Positions 39,084 to 52,475 of a DNA stretch of 64,000 bases are shown here, piece by piece. The DNA is taken from positions 124,001-188,000 of the forward strand of contig NW_021829853.1 in NCBI RefSeq assembly GCF_006345805.1, given 5' to 3'. This DNA is from Octopus sinensis (taxonomy: Eukaryota). The position numbers and the translations under genes were made by a program. The notes below the pieces were generated by a model. That model was not told the DNA's origin. It saw nothing but the letters and a program-made list of their open reading frames with translations, and ran no database searches. Position 1 is the first letter of the stretch. Every line of letters starts with the position of its first letter.

Positions 39084-39313
39084 CATGATGTGCAAATTTA
39101 TTTGGGGAAAGTATATTTAACATTTATGCATATACACAGGAAAGCATTACCAATGAGAATACAAACGTATGCGGGAAATGAGACCCAGGAGATCCTCCCA
39201 CAATTAGAATCAGATTAATGTTATATAAAGACAGGTATATTCAGGTGTAGTGGAACTAATTAGATCTACCAGTAAAAATGTATGTATACATGTACAAATA
39301 CTCACATAACAAT

Positions 39314-39344
<31 letters not shown>

Positions 39345-41100
39345 TACATACACGTACTATATATATATGTGTGTGTATGTATGTATGAACGAACTGACAA
39401 TGAAAAAATTGTGAAAGAATTCATAAAATGTTCAGAAACTCGAGGAATAAACGAGGATTGTCTCCTTTTATCATTTAATTTCGTCTCTCGCGATTTTTCT
39501 GATTACAAAACCCCAACAAGGACGACATAGTTTTTTTTTTTTTCCATCTGAGCCGATAAGAAGTAATGGCTTTGTACAAATGCGACAGACAGTAATTAAT
39601 AGCAAAGCTATGTGGTTAGTAGTAGTAGTAGTAATAATAATAATAATAATTAGTTCTTTGCTGAGGTGCAAAGCCGATTTAAGGGAAGGATTAAAGTGGA
39701 TTGAATCATCTCACAATATCCGATGATACTTCTTTTTATCGACTTGAGGAGAGATGTAAAATCGCCCTCGGTGCGACTTGAAGCCAGCATTTAATGAACG
39801 GGACAGGCTAAACACTCTAATGCAATTAGCCATTTAATAAACTGACAGAGGATAATGCTCACATTATAGTAAAGAGCTGGCAGGAGAGGGGTCAGGGTTG
39901 TTCGAAATAACCGCATTGCACGACCAGTCAGTTACGTAGTTGAAATGGTATCAGGGTGACCCAGACTACAGAGAAAATCGCTTCTGCCATAGATACAGCG
40001 ACCAGAAATTTCGGGGTGGGTGGGGGGAGATATATTAATCGATTAAATCGACCCAGTACTGAACTGGTATTTGATATTATCGGATGAAATTGTAAAGGAC
40101 TGTCGTAACTAAATATCACAAAGCACTTTCATTCGGTGCTCTGTCGAGTCAATTTCTAATATAGGCAGACGGTTTGGCATTTTGGGGGTCATGAAAAGTA
40201 CAGTTGACCTCGATGGGATTTGAACTCGTAATGTAGACGACAGCTGTACTACAAAGTAGTTTGACCAATGCTGCACCTTCTGCCAGTCTACTATGTCGAC
40301 GAAGGAGATAATGAGTTATGGTAAAGAAATGTGTGTACTCTGAGTTTTACATAACTGCGTTGAGGTCAAGTCTGTCAAAGACAAAAGTTAAACTTGAAGA
40401 ATGAGCGAAATACTAAGAACTCGTACAAAGGGTTTTCGTTGGGCACTTCAGCACTTGAAAACGCATTAGATTGCCCAACTTATTATAATAATGGTAAATG
40501 GAATTTAACTAAAATAATAAGAAAAAGACATATCTTCTACGAGACAAAAGGTCTCTCTCTCTATCTATCTATCTATCCGTCCGTCCGTCCATCCATCCGT
40601 CTATCTATCTATCAGTCTACCTATTTGTCTGTCTAAACCGGCTGTGTGCGTGAAGTCTTTAATAAACAACAAAAACAATAATAATAGTCATTGCAATTCG
40701 ACCAAAATCTGTAAAGAGCTGGTAACATATGCGAAATAGGAGAAAGATTCTACAGATTTTTTTCGTGTAACCATCTCCACAACACACGTCTGTCAACACA
40801 GATACATGGATACGATTTGATAAACTGTTTCTGTGGGGTAAGGCGTACGAAATATAAGAATTCTAATCAGATGGTGATTATACATACATAACTATAATAC
40901 AAACCTTACACAAGTCTCATATCGTAACGTCAGCGAAATTGATAAGTGCGCACACGTACGTCCATTCATACATTATGTATGAGTGTGTATATGTATGTGT
41001 AGAGAGTGAGAGAGAAAGAATGAGGAAGGCGCTGTGGAGAGAGAGAAGTGCGACGGATCTCTTCATATACGTACACACATACATGTATTTACACGTATAT

Positions 41101-41470
41101 AGGCGCAGGAGTGGCTGTGTGGTAAGAAGCTTGCTTACCAAACATGGTTCCTGGTTCAGTCGCAGTGCGTGGTACCTTAGGCGAGTATCTTCTACTATAG
41201 CTTCGGGCCGACCAAAGCCTTGTCAGTGGATTTGGTAGACGGAAACTGAAAGAAGCCCGTCGTATATATGTGTGTGTGTGTGTGTGTTTGTTTGTTCCCC
41301 CACCATTGCTTGACAGCCGATGTTGGTGTGTTTACGTCCCCGTAACTTAGCGGTTCGGCAAAACAGACCGATAGAATAAGTACTAGGCTTACAAAGAGTA
41401 AGTCCTGGGGGGGTCAGTTTCTTCGACTAAAGGCGGTGCTTCAGCATGGCCACAATCAAAATAGAATAAA
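41101..41470 (+). mobile_element. tRNA-derived SINE S2, CpG-rich full copy
   Basis: aggcgcaggagtggctgtgtggtaagaagcttgcttacc head through to the tail. Confidence 0.9.
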
Positions 41471-42021
41471 AGAATACATCTTCCTTTACCTGTTTCAATC
41501 ATTGGAATGCGGCCATGCTGTGACGCTCACACACACACACACATACATACACGGCAATGCGTGGGTGTAATCTTATCAATGGCTTTCTCTCGGAAATACC
41601 ATAATGCACGTGCGCGCGTGCTAGTGTATAAAATATTGGTGGGTTGCAGGGAAGACGAGAACTGATAGAGAATAAAGATCTCTATTGAGGAAACCGTTCC
41701 ACGTATATATTACCTATCAATGGAATCGTCCATCGATTTAAACAAAGCCGTAATCACTGTTAGTAACCGGCTTAAATAATGTAAAGACGCTCAATCTCCC
41801 AGTAATATACGGCGGGGTTTAGGGTTACACATATATATGCGCGCGCGATGGAATAAATTCGATTACCATTAATGGTAATTATTTCAATTAATGTACTTTA
41901 TAAATTTGATATTTTCGATGTCGATCCATGCCAAAACATGCATTATCGATTTTTACAAGGAAAAACATTGATAAAACATATGACGAAGATTTTATACATA
42001 CATACACACATATATCATCAT

Positions 42022-42140
<119 letters not shown>

Positions 42141-43428
42141 ACCTGGTTGTTGTTTCATCACCTGTTTGTTTTTTTCTGTAAATTTGAACTGTGTGTGTGT
42201 ATACATATATATATATATATAGACGCATATACAAGTCATCGAAGTACCTTTACAAGGATAGCCCGATCAGCTAAAAATAACAGATCTCCTAAATGGAGAG
42301 AATCGTCACGACACACAAGTTTTATATATATATATTATATACACACACATATATAAATAGATATATATAAATTTAATAAAGTATCATCACGATTATTAAG
42401 AATAACAATAATAATAAAGTGATCTGCAAGTTTAACCTATATAGGTAAAATATACAAATAAATTAGGGTACCGGAATTCCACTTGCTAGAAATAGAAGTC
42501 AACACTCCAGAGTCACAGATTTCTTAATAGTGAGAAATTTGTGGCTTTCAAGCAAGTTATATATATATGAATATAAATATACATATATACACATATATAC
42601 ATATAATAAATAAAAGGGTAATATTAATTAATTAATTAATAATTTTACCAAGTAGTTCGATACGTTAAAATAACCTTTTTAGGTAAAATTATACAAATAT
42701 TCTATAATTAGCTGACCCCTGATTATAATTATAGAATATTTGTATATATACACACACACACACTCAACGAAATTCTAAACCCAAAACATTGATTAGAAAA
42801 TATATGGGACAAGGTTAGAGCGATTAGACAGACGTTGGTAGATAATGGAAGGGATGGGCCTGAAATTGTCGCTGCTCATCCCTGATCGTGTCGCCAGGCA
42901 CCTGCACTTTTACCTGATACCTACAACTGCCAACAACTACTAACCCAAATCAATTTATTCTTTTACCAACCTTGGTTATTATATTTTGTGGATTCTAATA
43001 GTTAAAGGTTGCACATAAACATCGTAGAAGGGGCGAAGAATAAATATGGAGAGGTGGATGGAATTTAGGGACAATATGTTGTCAATGTACAAGAAGAGTT
43101 CAATGTGCTGACGGATGAATTTCATCGATTATTTCCGATCAGGTTTTACCGACCTAAAATTAGACACTCTCCCATCGATACTCATTTATATATATAAATA
43201 CACACACACACACACACAGGTATATCCATATATATATATATATATATATATAAAGTTCAGCAAAATTTAGATTTAGATGAATATGGTACATAAGTTAAAG
43301 GCACCACAATTTGGTATGGTATTATCCATATAAATCAAATGGGGTGATTATAATCAAAATAAGCAACAAGGATATCCAAAGGTATAGTAGTACAATCGTT
43401 TCATGCTGCTTCATTTTATTAAACACTG

Positions 43429-43497
<69 letters not shown>

Positions 43498-43667
43498 CAG
43501 ACACATCATACATCTGTGTTTATGTGTGTGTATGCATACATAGACACACTTATATCATTTCTGATTATTCTACGAAACGAAATGAAAGCGTTAGATAAAA
43601 ATAATTATCCAAAATTCTGACTACCTCCTATTTCTTAGTATACAAAATCCGTACACCACTTCAAACA

Positions 43668-43717
<50 letters not shown>

Positions 43718-43871
43718 ACATACATGTATGTTTATATATCATAAAGACATGGCTAAGAATGCCTTGACAGAGAGGTTTCCCGAGATTAAGCCATAAACAT
43801 AATCAAACGTTGATCTTAATACATAAACAATAGATAAAAGCATTTGTGTTTATAATCATTTAAAAACTCAC

Positions 43872-44400
43872 CTCAATCAAAATAATTCACACAAACAGAT
43901 CTTTTTTTTTTAATCTTTTTTCTTCTCTTTTCTTTTGATTGTTTCTTTTTCCAAAAAACAAAAAGGTTTTGAATGCAGCAAAGCTTTTTGAAAAGAGGGG
44001 GAAAATAGCTCAAATATTTGCTTCTGTTTAGAATCAAGAAATATTCTCGGCCCGATTTACATGAATACCGGATCGTTGCAGATGTAGATGATTGCTATCC
44101 AAGAGAAACAACATCCAGAAAGACATGTGAAACAAGAAGAAAATGTTTTTTTTTTAAAGGAGTCCGATGCAGATTGGGAAATGATTTGCGGGGCTTTACA
44201 CGCAGGAAGAACAAAAAAAAAATGGATAAATCAAGTAATTATTTTGCCCCTTTTGGGTTGTTTTTGATCTTAGCCCTTATCCTAGATTGGAGAATCGCCC
44301 CAGTGACCTAAAAACTAGGCTGCTTGCAAGAACTGCATCAATCGTCATCTTCGACATTCGCCAGAAGAGAAACACAATAAAAAAAATGTCGGATTGATGG
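43872..44400 (-). other. Candidate non-coding first exon of PNISR
   Basis: Strong minus-strand donor gag|gtgagt after 43872, downstream of the promoter motif cluster; TSS not known; weaker alternative donors near 44055 and 44195. Confidence 0.4.
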
Positions 44401-44404
44401 AGAA

Positions 44405-44470
44405 AGGCGGAAGTGACGTATGGCGCAACCTTGCTTTTCTTTGCCGACTTCCGGTCATGTCTGCCATTTT
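44405..44470. promoter_or_regulatory. Housekeeping-type promoter: ETS-CRE composite, inverted ETS, YY1
   Basis: CGGAAGTGACGT at 44408-44419, ACTTCCGG at 44447-44454, GCCATTTT at 44463-44470, in CpG-retaining unique sequence between divergent genes. Confidence 0.7.
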
Positions 44471-45349
44471 CATTGACTGATTAATTATTCATTTCTTTAT
44501 TCATTTTCTTTTTTGTTATTCATTTAAATTGATACACGAAAATAAATATCTTTATCTACATATGTAACTATATATTGTCTTTGTTTTACTTTCAAAGGTT
44601 GAAACTGTTTTAGAGTTGTCCAGCGTTTAATATTTTTCTTCTAACAGATGGCAACAACTGCAAAAAATATGAATTCTATCTTAATTACGGCTCCCCAAGG
44701 AAGATCCTTTGAGGAGTTCTCTGTGAATTGTTCAATATTGCCTTTATTTTCTAAATTCAGAGCAAACATGATCTTTCATATCCCAACAACAATAAAAACA
44801 TTGCTATTAAAATATCAAAACCACCACCACAATCTAGTCTTCTAACTGGACTGCCTCTGAAAGAAACATTAGTCCTTTGTCAAGTAAACATCAAATTTTT
44901 TCAAGACAAAAACATTAATATTTACAATAATAATTAAAACCAAATCGATTATTTTAATCTTATTAATGAATTTAAATATTTACATCAAAATCATTTTACT
45001 TTTCCCTAGGTTGTCTCTCCCTGTTTCCATTTCACAAAGTCCTCCATCAAGCACTTTGCAAATGGGGCAGTTTTACAATAAAAACTAAAGTAAAACAAAA
45101 TTAATTGTGATTAACTTTTTGAGTGACTTTATTGAGTGTAAACTTCAGTTATCAAATATTTTAGTAACTAGATTTTAAAATGGAATTACCAAACAAATGA
45201 TACTTAAATGTCCAAACAAATTATATGGTCTTCATAATAAATACTGGCAACAATAAACTAATATCTTTTATAAGTTTTCATGTCACTGATAAAAGAGTAC
45301 ATTGGATAACTAAGTGAATAAGGCATTGGATAATCCACTCCAAGCTCAA

Positions 45350-46250
45350 TTCTAGTCACTAACACAGTATTGAATGGTCAAGACAGATAACTCATAAATG
45401 TCCATAAATCTCCTGTCCTCTTAGCAGCAATTTTTTCTACATTCTTATATCATACAATATTGTAAACTGTGGCAACACTGCCAAATTGATATAAGAGACA
45501 TTGGCTTATGGAGCTAAATTACATAATCTTAAAATAAAGTAGAATAACCAATCTGCAGATCATTTCTTCTCCCACAACAATATTTATGGATTTCAATTCA
45601 ACCTTGATCTTATGCAGCCAGCTTATTTATATGTGAGGAACAAATCTCCCATTCACTATGTCTGGCTCATCTTCATTGCCAAAGCTACACACTATATTCC
45701 ATCTATTTTTCTGTAGAGTCTACACTTACGTAGAATCAACCTTTACCATCATTTATGTCTTTCATCTAGAAATATGTAACAAACACTTTTAATTATACTC
45801 AGAGTATTTCCTTTGTTCCTATAAATCTGCTGTGGGTTGTGTTACTTTCCAAACTCCTCCAATCACTGGAACTAGTTCAACTGTATGTTGTCTTAATTGT
45901 TGAAGACATCTCTGAAATTCCCTCTTTTGAACTCATCATCCAAATTAACTTCAATACAAACATGTCCTCTTGGCTTTCACATTCTCCCCACAAAAGTTAG
46001 CCTCTCCTACTTAATCTGAAATAGGTACACCATAGGTCCAAGAGATGCTACTCCTCTGCTCAATGTTGTTGGTATTCTCTGCCTTGTCGGACATGGACTC
46101 GTGCATAACTTTCTACGGTTGGTGTGGAAACTGACAGTGATGGTTGATGTCTTCCTAATTTTGGCATCCAAATTGCAGAATTCTTCAAGTATCCAGTCTA
46201 ACATCCCAAATATTGGTACGAGAGTTAATACTGCAAAAGCACAATAAGAT
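45350..46250 (-). mobile_element. Highly degenerate RLE-type (R2/R4/NeSL-like) LINE remnant
   Basis: IFGMLDWILEEFCNLDAKIRKT..SFHTN and LYRK resemble the post-RT segment FGII.W...L..LD.KTRK....FHP..DRLY. Confidence 0.45.
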
Positions 46251-46305
46251 TATTGAATGTGAACAGCTCTGACTACCACACTTGCCACAGTTTGTTAAAG
46301 TATTC

Positions 46306-46456
46306 ATTATTTACACTTGACAGATATTTGTCCTCATCTTGTTTGTTGTTAACACAACATTTCGGCTGATATGACCTCCAGCCTTCATCAAGATGAGGAC
46401 AAATATCCGTCAAATGTAAATAATGTACACAATTCCTCATCTCTTAAATATAGAAC
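46306..46456. mobile_element. Family B PLE collapsed to joined arm ends
   Basis: TSD tgttaaagtattc (46293-46305, 46457-46469); left and right arm ends of the 18100 element fused at ccttcatca|agatgagg. Confidence 0.8.
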
Positions 46457-46774
46457 TGTTAAAGTATTCCTATCTCATTCTAGCCCTATTCATAGTCAAA
46501 GTGTTTGTGGAGTAATATTGTCATCGTCATCACCATTTAATGTCTGTTTTCCATGTTGGCATGGGTTGGATGCTTTGACTCCGGCAAGGCCAGGAGTTGC
46601 AGACCCCAGTTTGTTTTGGCTGGGTTTCTATGGCTGGATGCCCTTCATAATGCCAACAACTCCACAGAGTGTACTGGGTGCCACCAGCACAAGTGCCTCT
46701 GCAATTGTTTGGCAAGAGGTGAGGATGTGTGCTCTCCATAGCTCTCCTCCAAACCTCTGTGAAGATTGCCAAAC

Positions 46775-47333
46775 TGCTTATCATTACCAGTGTTGCCTTA
46801 CTGGCACTTGTGCCCATGCTAGTAGAGTGGCAAGAGCACTATCTGAGCGTGATCGTTGCCAGAGCAGCTAACTGGCTTCCGTGCCGGTGGAACGTAAAAG
46901 GGCACAATTCGAGCGTGATCGTTACCAACGTCACCTTACTGGCACCTGTGCCAGTGGCATGTGTAAACAGATTTAGGCGAGGTCATTGCCAGTACTGCCT
47001 GACTGGCCCCCATGCCATGGTATGTAAAAAGGCACCATTTGAGCGTGATCGTTACCAACGTCGCCTTACTGGCACCTGTGCCGGTGGCACGTGTAAAAGG
47101 ATTTGAGCGAGGTCATTGCCAGCACCACCTGACTGGCCCCGTGTCGGTGGCACGTAAAAAGCACCCACTACACTCTCGGAGTGGTTGGCGTTAGGAAGGG
47201 CATCCAGCTGTAGAAACTCTGCCAGATCAAGATTGGAGCCTGGTGCAGCCATCTGGTTCGCCAGCCCTCAGTCAAAATCATCCAACCCATGCTAGCATGG
47301 AAAGCGGATGTTAAGCGATGATGATGATGATGA
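46775..47333 (+). mobile_element. SINE S1, long copy with about 5 internal units
   Basis: Repeated cgagcgtgatcgttaccaacgtc..ttactggcacctgtg units; partial inverted copy at 46520-46697. Confidence 0.9.
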
Positions 47334-48291
47334 AAAGTGCACAAATCTCAAAGACATTTGATGACGTCCCATGATATGGCCACAAGCTGACTGGTCAATA
47401 ATTGGCACAACACATGCTGTGCAAGAGATCAACTCATGTCACCAACTTGATTATTGAAATATGTTGGGTTCAATTCTATCACTTGCAACAAGTTCACATT
47501 TATACCAAAAATAATTGGTTATGTTAGTCAATGCCTAAGTGAGAATCTGGGAAAGCCAGGGATTTCAGAAAAAGAAATCAGCCACCTATCATGCACTTAA
47601 CAAATGCAATTTGTAAGAAGAATAATAAAAATGTGCAAAACTTTTCTCAAGTTCAAAATGTGACATTATTTTCTTATCTCCATTCCTACAATGGAGCCTT
47701 TTATCTTTGCTTGAAACTAGTTCTGCCCTTTCAGGAAGACTTCAAATAATTAAAAGTTGAAGGGAACATATACATATTATCATTAAGCATTATATAAGCA
47801 ATAGTCTTTATTTACATCATGCTTCTTTTAAGTGAAGTAGACAAGAAATACCAAAGCACCATTACAATTGTTAAAGATCACCTAAATGCTATGATTAGTC
47901 CTTCAGAAGAGTTTGTGAATGTGGGCATTTATATTGCAATGATAAGAACCCAGAATAATCACACAGCAAATTTCAATTTTTCTTAATGGAATTTTTTTTA
48001 TTTAAGGAATAGTTGATCAACTGAGATATTATATTGTAGAAAATAAACTCCATTTGTATGTTGCAGAAGAAAACAAAATGTCTTCTGCCTATTGTCTTTG
48101 ACTGTTGTTACTCATTCATATTGTGTTTGTTATGTTTACTGAATAAACACATTAAAACCTTCCAATACACCCTTACATTAGAATGGTATCAACGCTAATC
48201 ATTGTGTACATACATACACATACATACAGAACACACACACACACATGTATATCTATCTATCTGTCTGTATGTCTATCTATCTATCTATATG

Positions 48292-50167
48292 ATCAGTGAC
48301 TTTAATGGTCATGTTGGACGACATGCTGGGGACTTCCATGGTGTACATGGAGGCTATGGTTATGGTTCCTGCAACGAGGAGGGAACTAGGCTGCTGGAGT
48401 TCTGCGATGCAAATGATCTTATGTTTTGCAACACTAACTTCAGGAAACCTACCAGCCACCTAGTCACCTACCAATCGGGTCGACATACTAGCCAAATTGA
48501 CTACATCTTCGCCAGAAAGAGGGAAAGAGGGCTGCTTATAAATGCCAAAACCTTCCCAGGTGAAGAATGTACCCCGCAACATAGACTGGTAGTTAGTGAC
48601 TTTAGGATCAGGACTAAGAGGACGACCAATATGGAGAAGAAGGATCTGGAAGCTTAAAGATCCTGTGAATGGACAGAGATTTAGGGACATATTACTTGAA
48701 GCCTTTGATGAAGTAGAAGGGGATAGAGCTTCACATGGGGTAGAAGACAACTGGACGTTTCTGAGGGACAACCTGCTGAAAGCCACTGACCAGATCTGTG
48801 CAAAGTCCCCTCTCGATCCAAAATAACGTGATGGTGGAACAATGTTGTAGACGGGGCTATTAGAGAAAAGAGACAGGCTTGGAGGGACTGGAAGAATCGT
48901 GGTAGCAGGGAATTGTATCAGACTGCTAAAAGGAAAGCTAGGAGACAGGTCTATTTAGCCAGAGGGGAAGCAGATAAGAAATTTGCCAATGTTCTGCGCT
49001 GTGAGGACCAAAGACTTCAGGTGTTTCGTGTTGCAAGACAGTGTGTGAGAGAGAATCATGATGTGGTAGGAGAGAAATGTGTTCGCATGAATGATGGTTC
49101 ACTTGCGCTAATTGAGGATGCAAAGAGAGAGGTTTGGAGATGCCACAATGAAAGGTTGCTGAATAAAGAAAATGAATGGGATAAAGAGTCTGCTGAATGT
49201 TGACCCAACAGAGGGACCAACTATCCAAGTTAACAGTTCCTTGGTAGTTAAGGCAATTAGAAGCATGAAGACAGGGAAAGCCCCAGGCCCATCAGGAATC
49301 ACTGCAGAGATGCTCAAAATATCTGGTAGTGTCGGCTATAGCCTAGTCACCCGTATAGTTAATCAGGTGATACACGAAGGAGTCATACCCAATGACTGGT
49401 GTAGCAGCATAATAGTCAACTGCTACAAAGGTAAAGGTGACGCCCTAGATACAAATAATTACAGAGGTATCAAGCTGTTGGATCAGGTAATGAAGTTTAC
49501 AGAGAGGGTCATAGCCCAACTAATTAGAGAGAGTTAGTTTAGATGAGATGCAGTTTGGGTTCGTGCCAGGGAAAAGTACCACTGATGCTATATTCCTGGT
49601 AAGGCAGCTGCAGGAGAAATACCTAGCCAAAGATAAGCCCCTGTACCTGGCTTTCGTTGACATGGAGAAAGCCTTCGACAGGGTCCTCCAATCCCTTATC
49701 TGGTGGTCAATGAGGAAACTAGGGATAGATGAGTGGTTAGTGAGAGCTGTGCGAGCCATGTACAGGGACGCCGCTAGTAAGGTGAGGGTTGGCAACAAGT
49801 ACAGTAAAGAATTCTGAGTAGAGGTAAGGGTCCACCATGGCTCAGTTCTCAGCCCCCTCCTATTTATCATAGTCCTCCAGGCAATAATGGAAGAACTCAA
49901 GACAGGATGCCCCTGGGAGCTCCTCTATGCTGATGACCTTGCTCTAATTGCTGAGTCACTATCAGAAATGGAGGAGAAGTTTCAGGTGTGGAAGCAAGGA
50001 TTAGAATCGAAGGGCCTTAGAGTCAATCTAGCTAAAACCAAAGTCCTAATAAGTAGGAAGGTAGACAAATCACGAACGCTTTCAGGTAGATGGCCGTGCT
50101 CGATCTGTAGAAAAGGCGTAGGTAGAAACTCTATAAGATGCACCAAGTGTAAGCTATGGACACATAA
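48292..50167 (+). mobile_element. RTE-clade LINE fragment (APE endonuclease C-terminus plus RT), frameshifted
   Basis: DFNGHVG..SQIDYI..QHRLVVSDF; KAPGPSGITAEMLK; NYRGIKLL; QFGFVPGKSTTDAIF; LYADDL; Cys-rich WPCSICRK..CTKCKLWTH; truncated at both ends. Confidence 0.95.
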
Positions 50168-50168
50168 C

Positions 50169-50662
50169 TAACCCTAAATCTAAAATAGATTGAAATGCAA
50201 TAGATCGATTCTAGGGTCATAATTATGGGTGACAATTTCATATGACACCGCGAGGGAAAAATGGCAGTTTTTTCTAGCGTTGTCATATGAAATTGTCACC
50301 CTTAATTATTACCCTAGTATCGATCTATTGCATTTCAATCTGTTTTAGGGTTAGGGTTAGGGGTGGGGGGAAGGGTATCTTCTTTTCTTCACAAATGTAA
50401 ATAAACCCAATCTGTTTCTTAAACGAGGGACATAGTCATACAGCACAGAATGTTTTTTTTACCTCAATAGACATCAGTGATTGGTTGAAATTGCCGAAAG
50501 GCAAGAAATTAAAGACAAAACATGTTACAAACTACAGAATTTTCTCAAGAAAGCCAAGAGAAAAAGATGTTTTATAAACACATTCTACCAGTATAGAAAG
50601 TTAAAAATTTTTTAGTTATCGAGAAATTATGTTAAAAACTGCCGTTCAAACCGAAAAGATCC
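50169..50662. mobile_element. Non-autonomous DNA element with fold-back left end and (TTAGGG)3
   Basis: Inverted arms 50169-50261 / 50268-50353; right end aaaaactgccgttcaaaccgaaaagatcc is complementary to ggcagtttttt at the hairpin tip. Confidence 0.6.
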
Positions 50663-50790
50663 AATTATTTTGAAGAATAAAATATTTTGTATATTTATTT
50701 GTGTAAAACAGACAGAAATAAGCAAAACAAATGAAAATTAATAGATTAGTAATTAATAAACCAAACGATTCACTGCGGAATTGTTTCATC

Positions 50791-51029
50791 ATGGCGACGC
50801 TTGGGAACACGTTTTTTCGGAATTTCTTATTTTGTAGAAAATCAAAGACTTTAAAACAATTCCATGTAATTTCTCATAATTTATCGTCGATCAACCGGAT
50901 GGTTGGTTGTGACAAAATTTTAGAAGTTGGTCGACTACCTTTAGTTCGGCAGATAACGGGACAACAACTCGATCTACAGAAACGAAAAGTTTTGTCCTCT
51001 AACCATAATCTCTTCTGCTGTCCTTCTCG
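50791..51029 (+). CDS. COQ3: COQ3 exon 1, mitochondrial transit-like N-terminus
   Basis: ATG 50791, MATLGNTFFRNFLFCRKSKTLKQF (basic, few acidic residues); CG|gtaaat donor phase 2 matches the next exon. Confidence 0.8.
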
Positions 51030-52070
51030 GTAAATATTACTAAACTAGCTTCTGTTTGTTGTTTTAATTAGCTTGATTTTAGTTTACTTGTAGAGTTTAT
51101 GAATATTTTGTTCATATTGTGTACCGGTGAGCGCTAAGGGAGGGCAGAAGGTTCTTTCGCTGGAGTCGTTTATGCCCTTGGCTGACAGCATTAACATCGT
51201 TGCATCCCATTTTCCCTCCCCCAAAATAAAAGGATTTTATCCCCAGTAAAACAAAATAAAAAAGAAGGAAGAACCTAAGTGATGTAGCTAAATAAAGGTA
51301 ACATGTCGAAATAAACACTTCATATTATTTACCCCCTTTCCTCTACGTTTACAGCTGTTCTAACAAAAGGTTATCCCTATATTTCATCTCTCTGGAGAAG
51401 ATAAATACCAGTAATACATTAGGACAGCCGATCATACCTCCTTTCCTGTAAAATCTAGCATTGTGCGTTCTTAAAGGATATTAACTTTTCAAGTTTGTCG
51501 GTAAATAAGGAAACAAAGCGGAGCACAAATTGAAATAGGTTTATGGTGATTATCAGTTCTGGGGTTCTCTACAACATTTATGCCCCTGGAGAAAACAAAA
51601 AATGAAGCAACGCAAAAAACCTAAACGTCACAGACTCTTATTCTCCTCACCGAACACTTGTAATTAAGTAAATAAATGATACAACGCGCATCTATTGTGA
51701 ATTCCAATCCACGTATATTATCTCCCAGCTTCCAATCCTCAACATAACGTTACAGGAAATTATTTTCCTTGACTCAATTTGAAAATATCTTAGCTTCTTG
51801 TTTATTTTGTATCTGCTACTCGGGGGAAAAAAACATTGTTTACATATATATTTTATACAAACATGAAAAAGTAACGTTTGTTGAACTGATGATGGGAGAT
51901 AATAAGTGAGAGATTTGTACAAGCATTAAGTCCCCTTTAAAATTCGCAGCTGAGCTAGTCTCTGCATTTCACCGATGGAAATTAATCCTGGTTTTTCAGA
52001 TGAACCTAAAAGCATGTCTTGAGAACATCGGTCACCATTAACAACATTAACCAATATTAACATGATGATA

Positions 52071-52475
52071 AGACGGTGAGCTAACAGAATCGTTACTAGG
52101 TGGGGAAAAATGCTTAGTGGCATTTCGTTCGACTTCACCTTCCATCCTTTCGGAGTCGATAAAATAAGTACCAGTTGATCACTGTCATCGATGACATCAA
52201 TTAGCCTCTTGCCTCGAAATTGCTGGCCTTGTTCTAAAAATTTGAAACGAATATCTATTTCTTTATTGTCCACACGAGGCTAAACATAGAGGGGACAAAC
52301 AAGGACAGACAAAAGGTTTCAGTTGATTACACCGACCCCAGTGCGCAATTGGTACTTATTTAATCGACCTCGAAAGGATGGAAGGCAAAGTTGACCTTGG
52401 CAGAGTTTGAACTCAGAACGTAACGCTAAGCATTTCGCCCAGCATGCTAACGATTCTGCCAGCTCGCTGCCTTAG
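52071..52475. mobile_element. Two nested, opposed tRNA-derived SINEs (family S3)
   Basis: Outer TSD aatattaacatgatgata (52053-52070, 52485-52502); inner TSD tttgaaacgaatat (52241-52254, 52476-52489); other S3 copies near 28955, 32345, 53750, 55560, 62572. Confidence 0.85.

Noticed and set aside
43386-43428. Possible eroded hammerhead on minus (TTAATAA-A-ATG..CAT-GAAAC-GATT-GTA)
   Set aside because: Three core substitutions and no stem I pairing; too degraded to call
50344-50363. (TTAGGG)3 as a telomere or fusion site
   Set aside because: Only three units, and internal to a dispersed element
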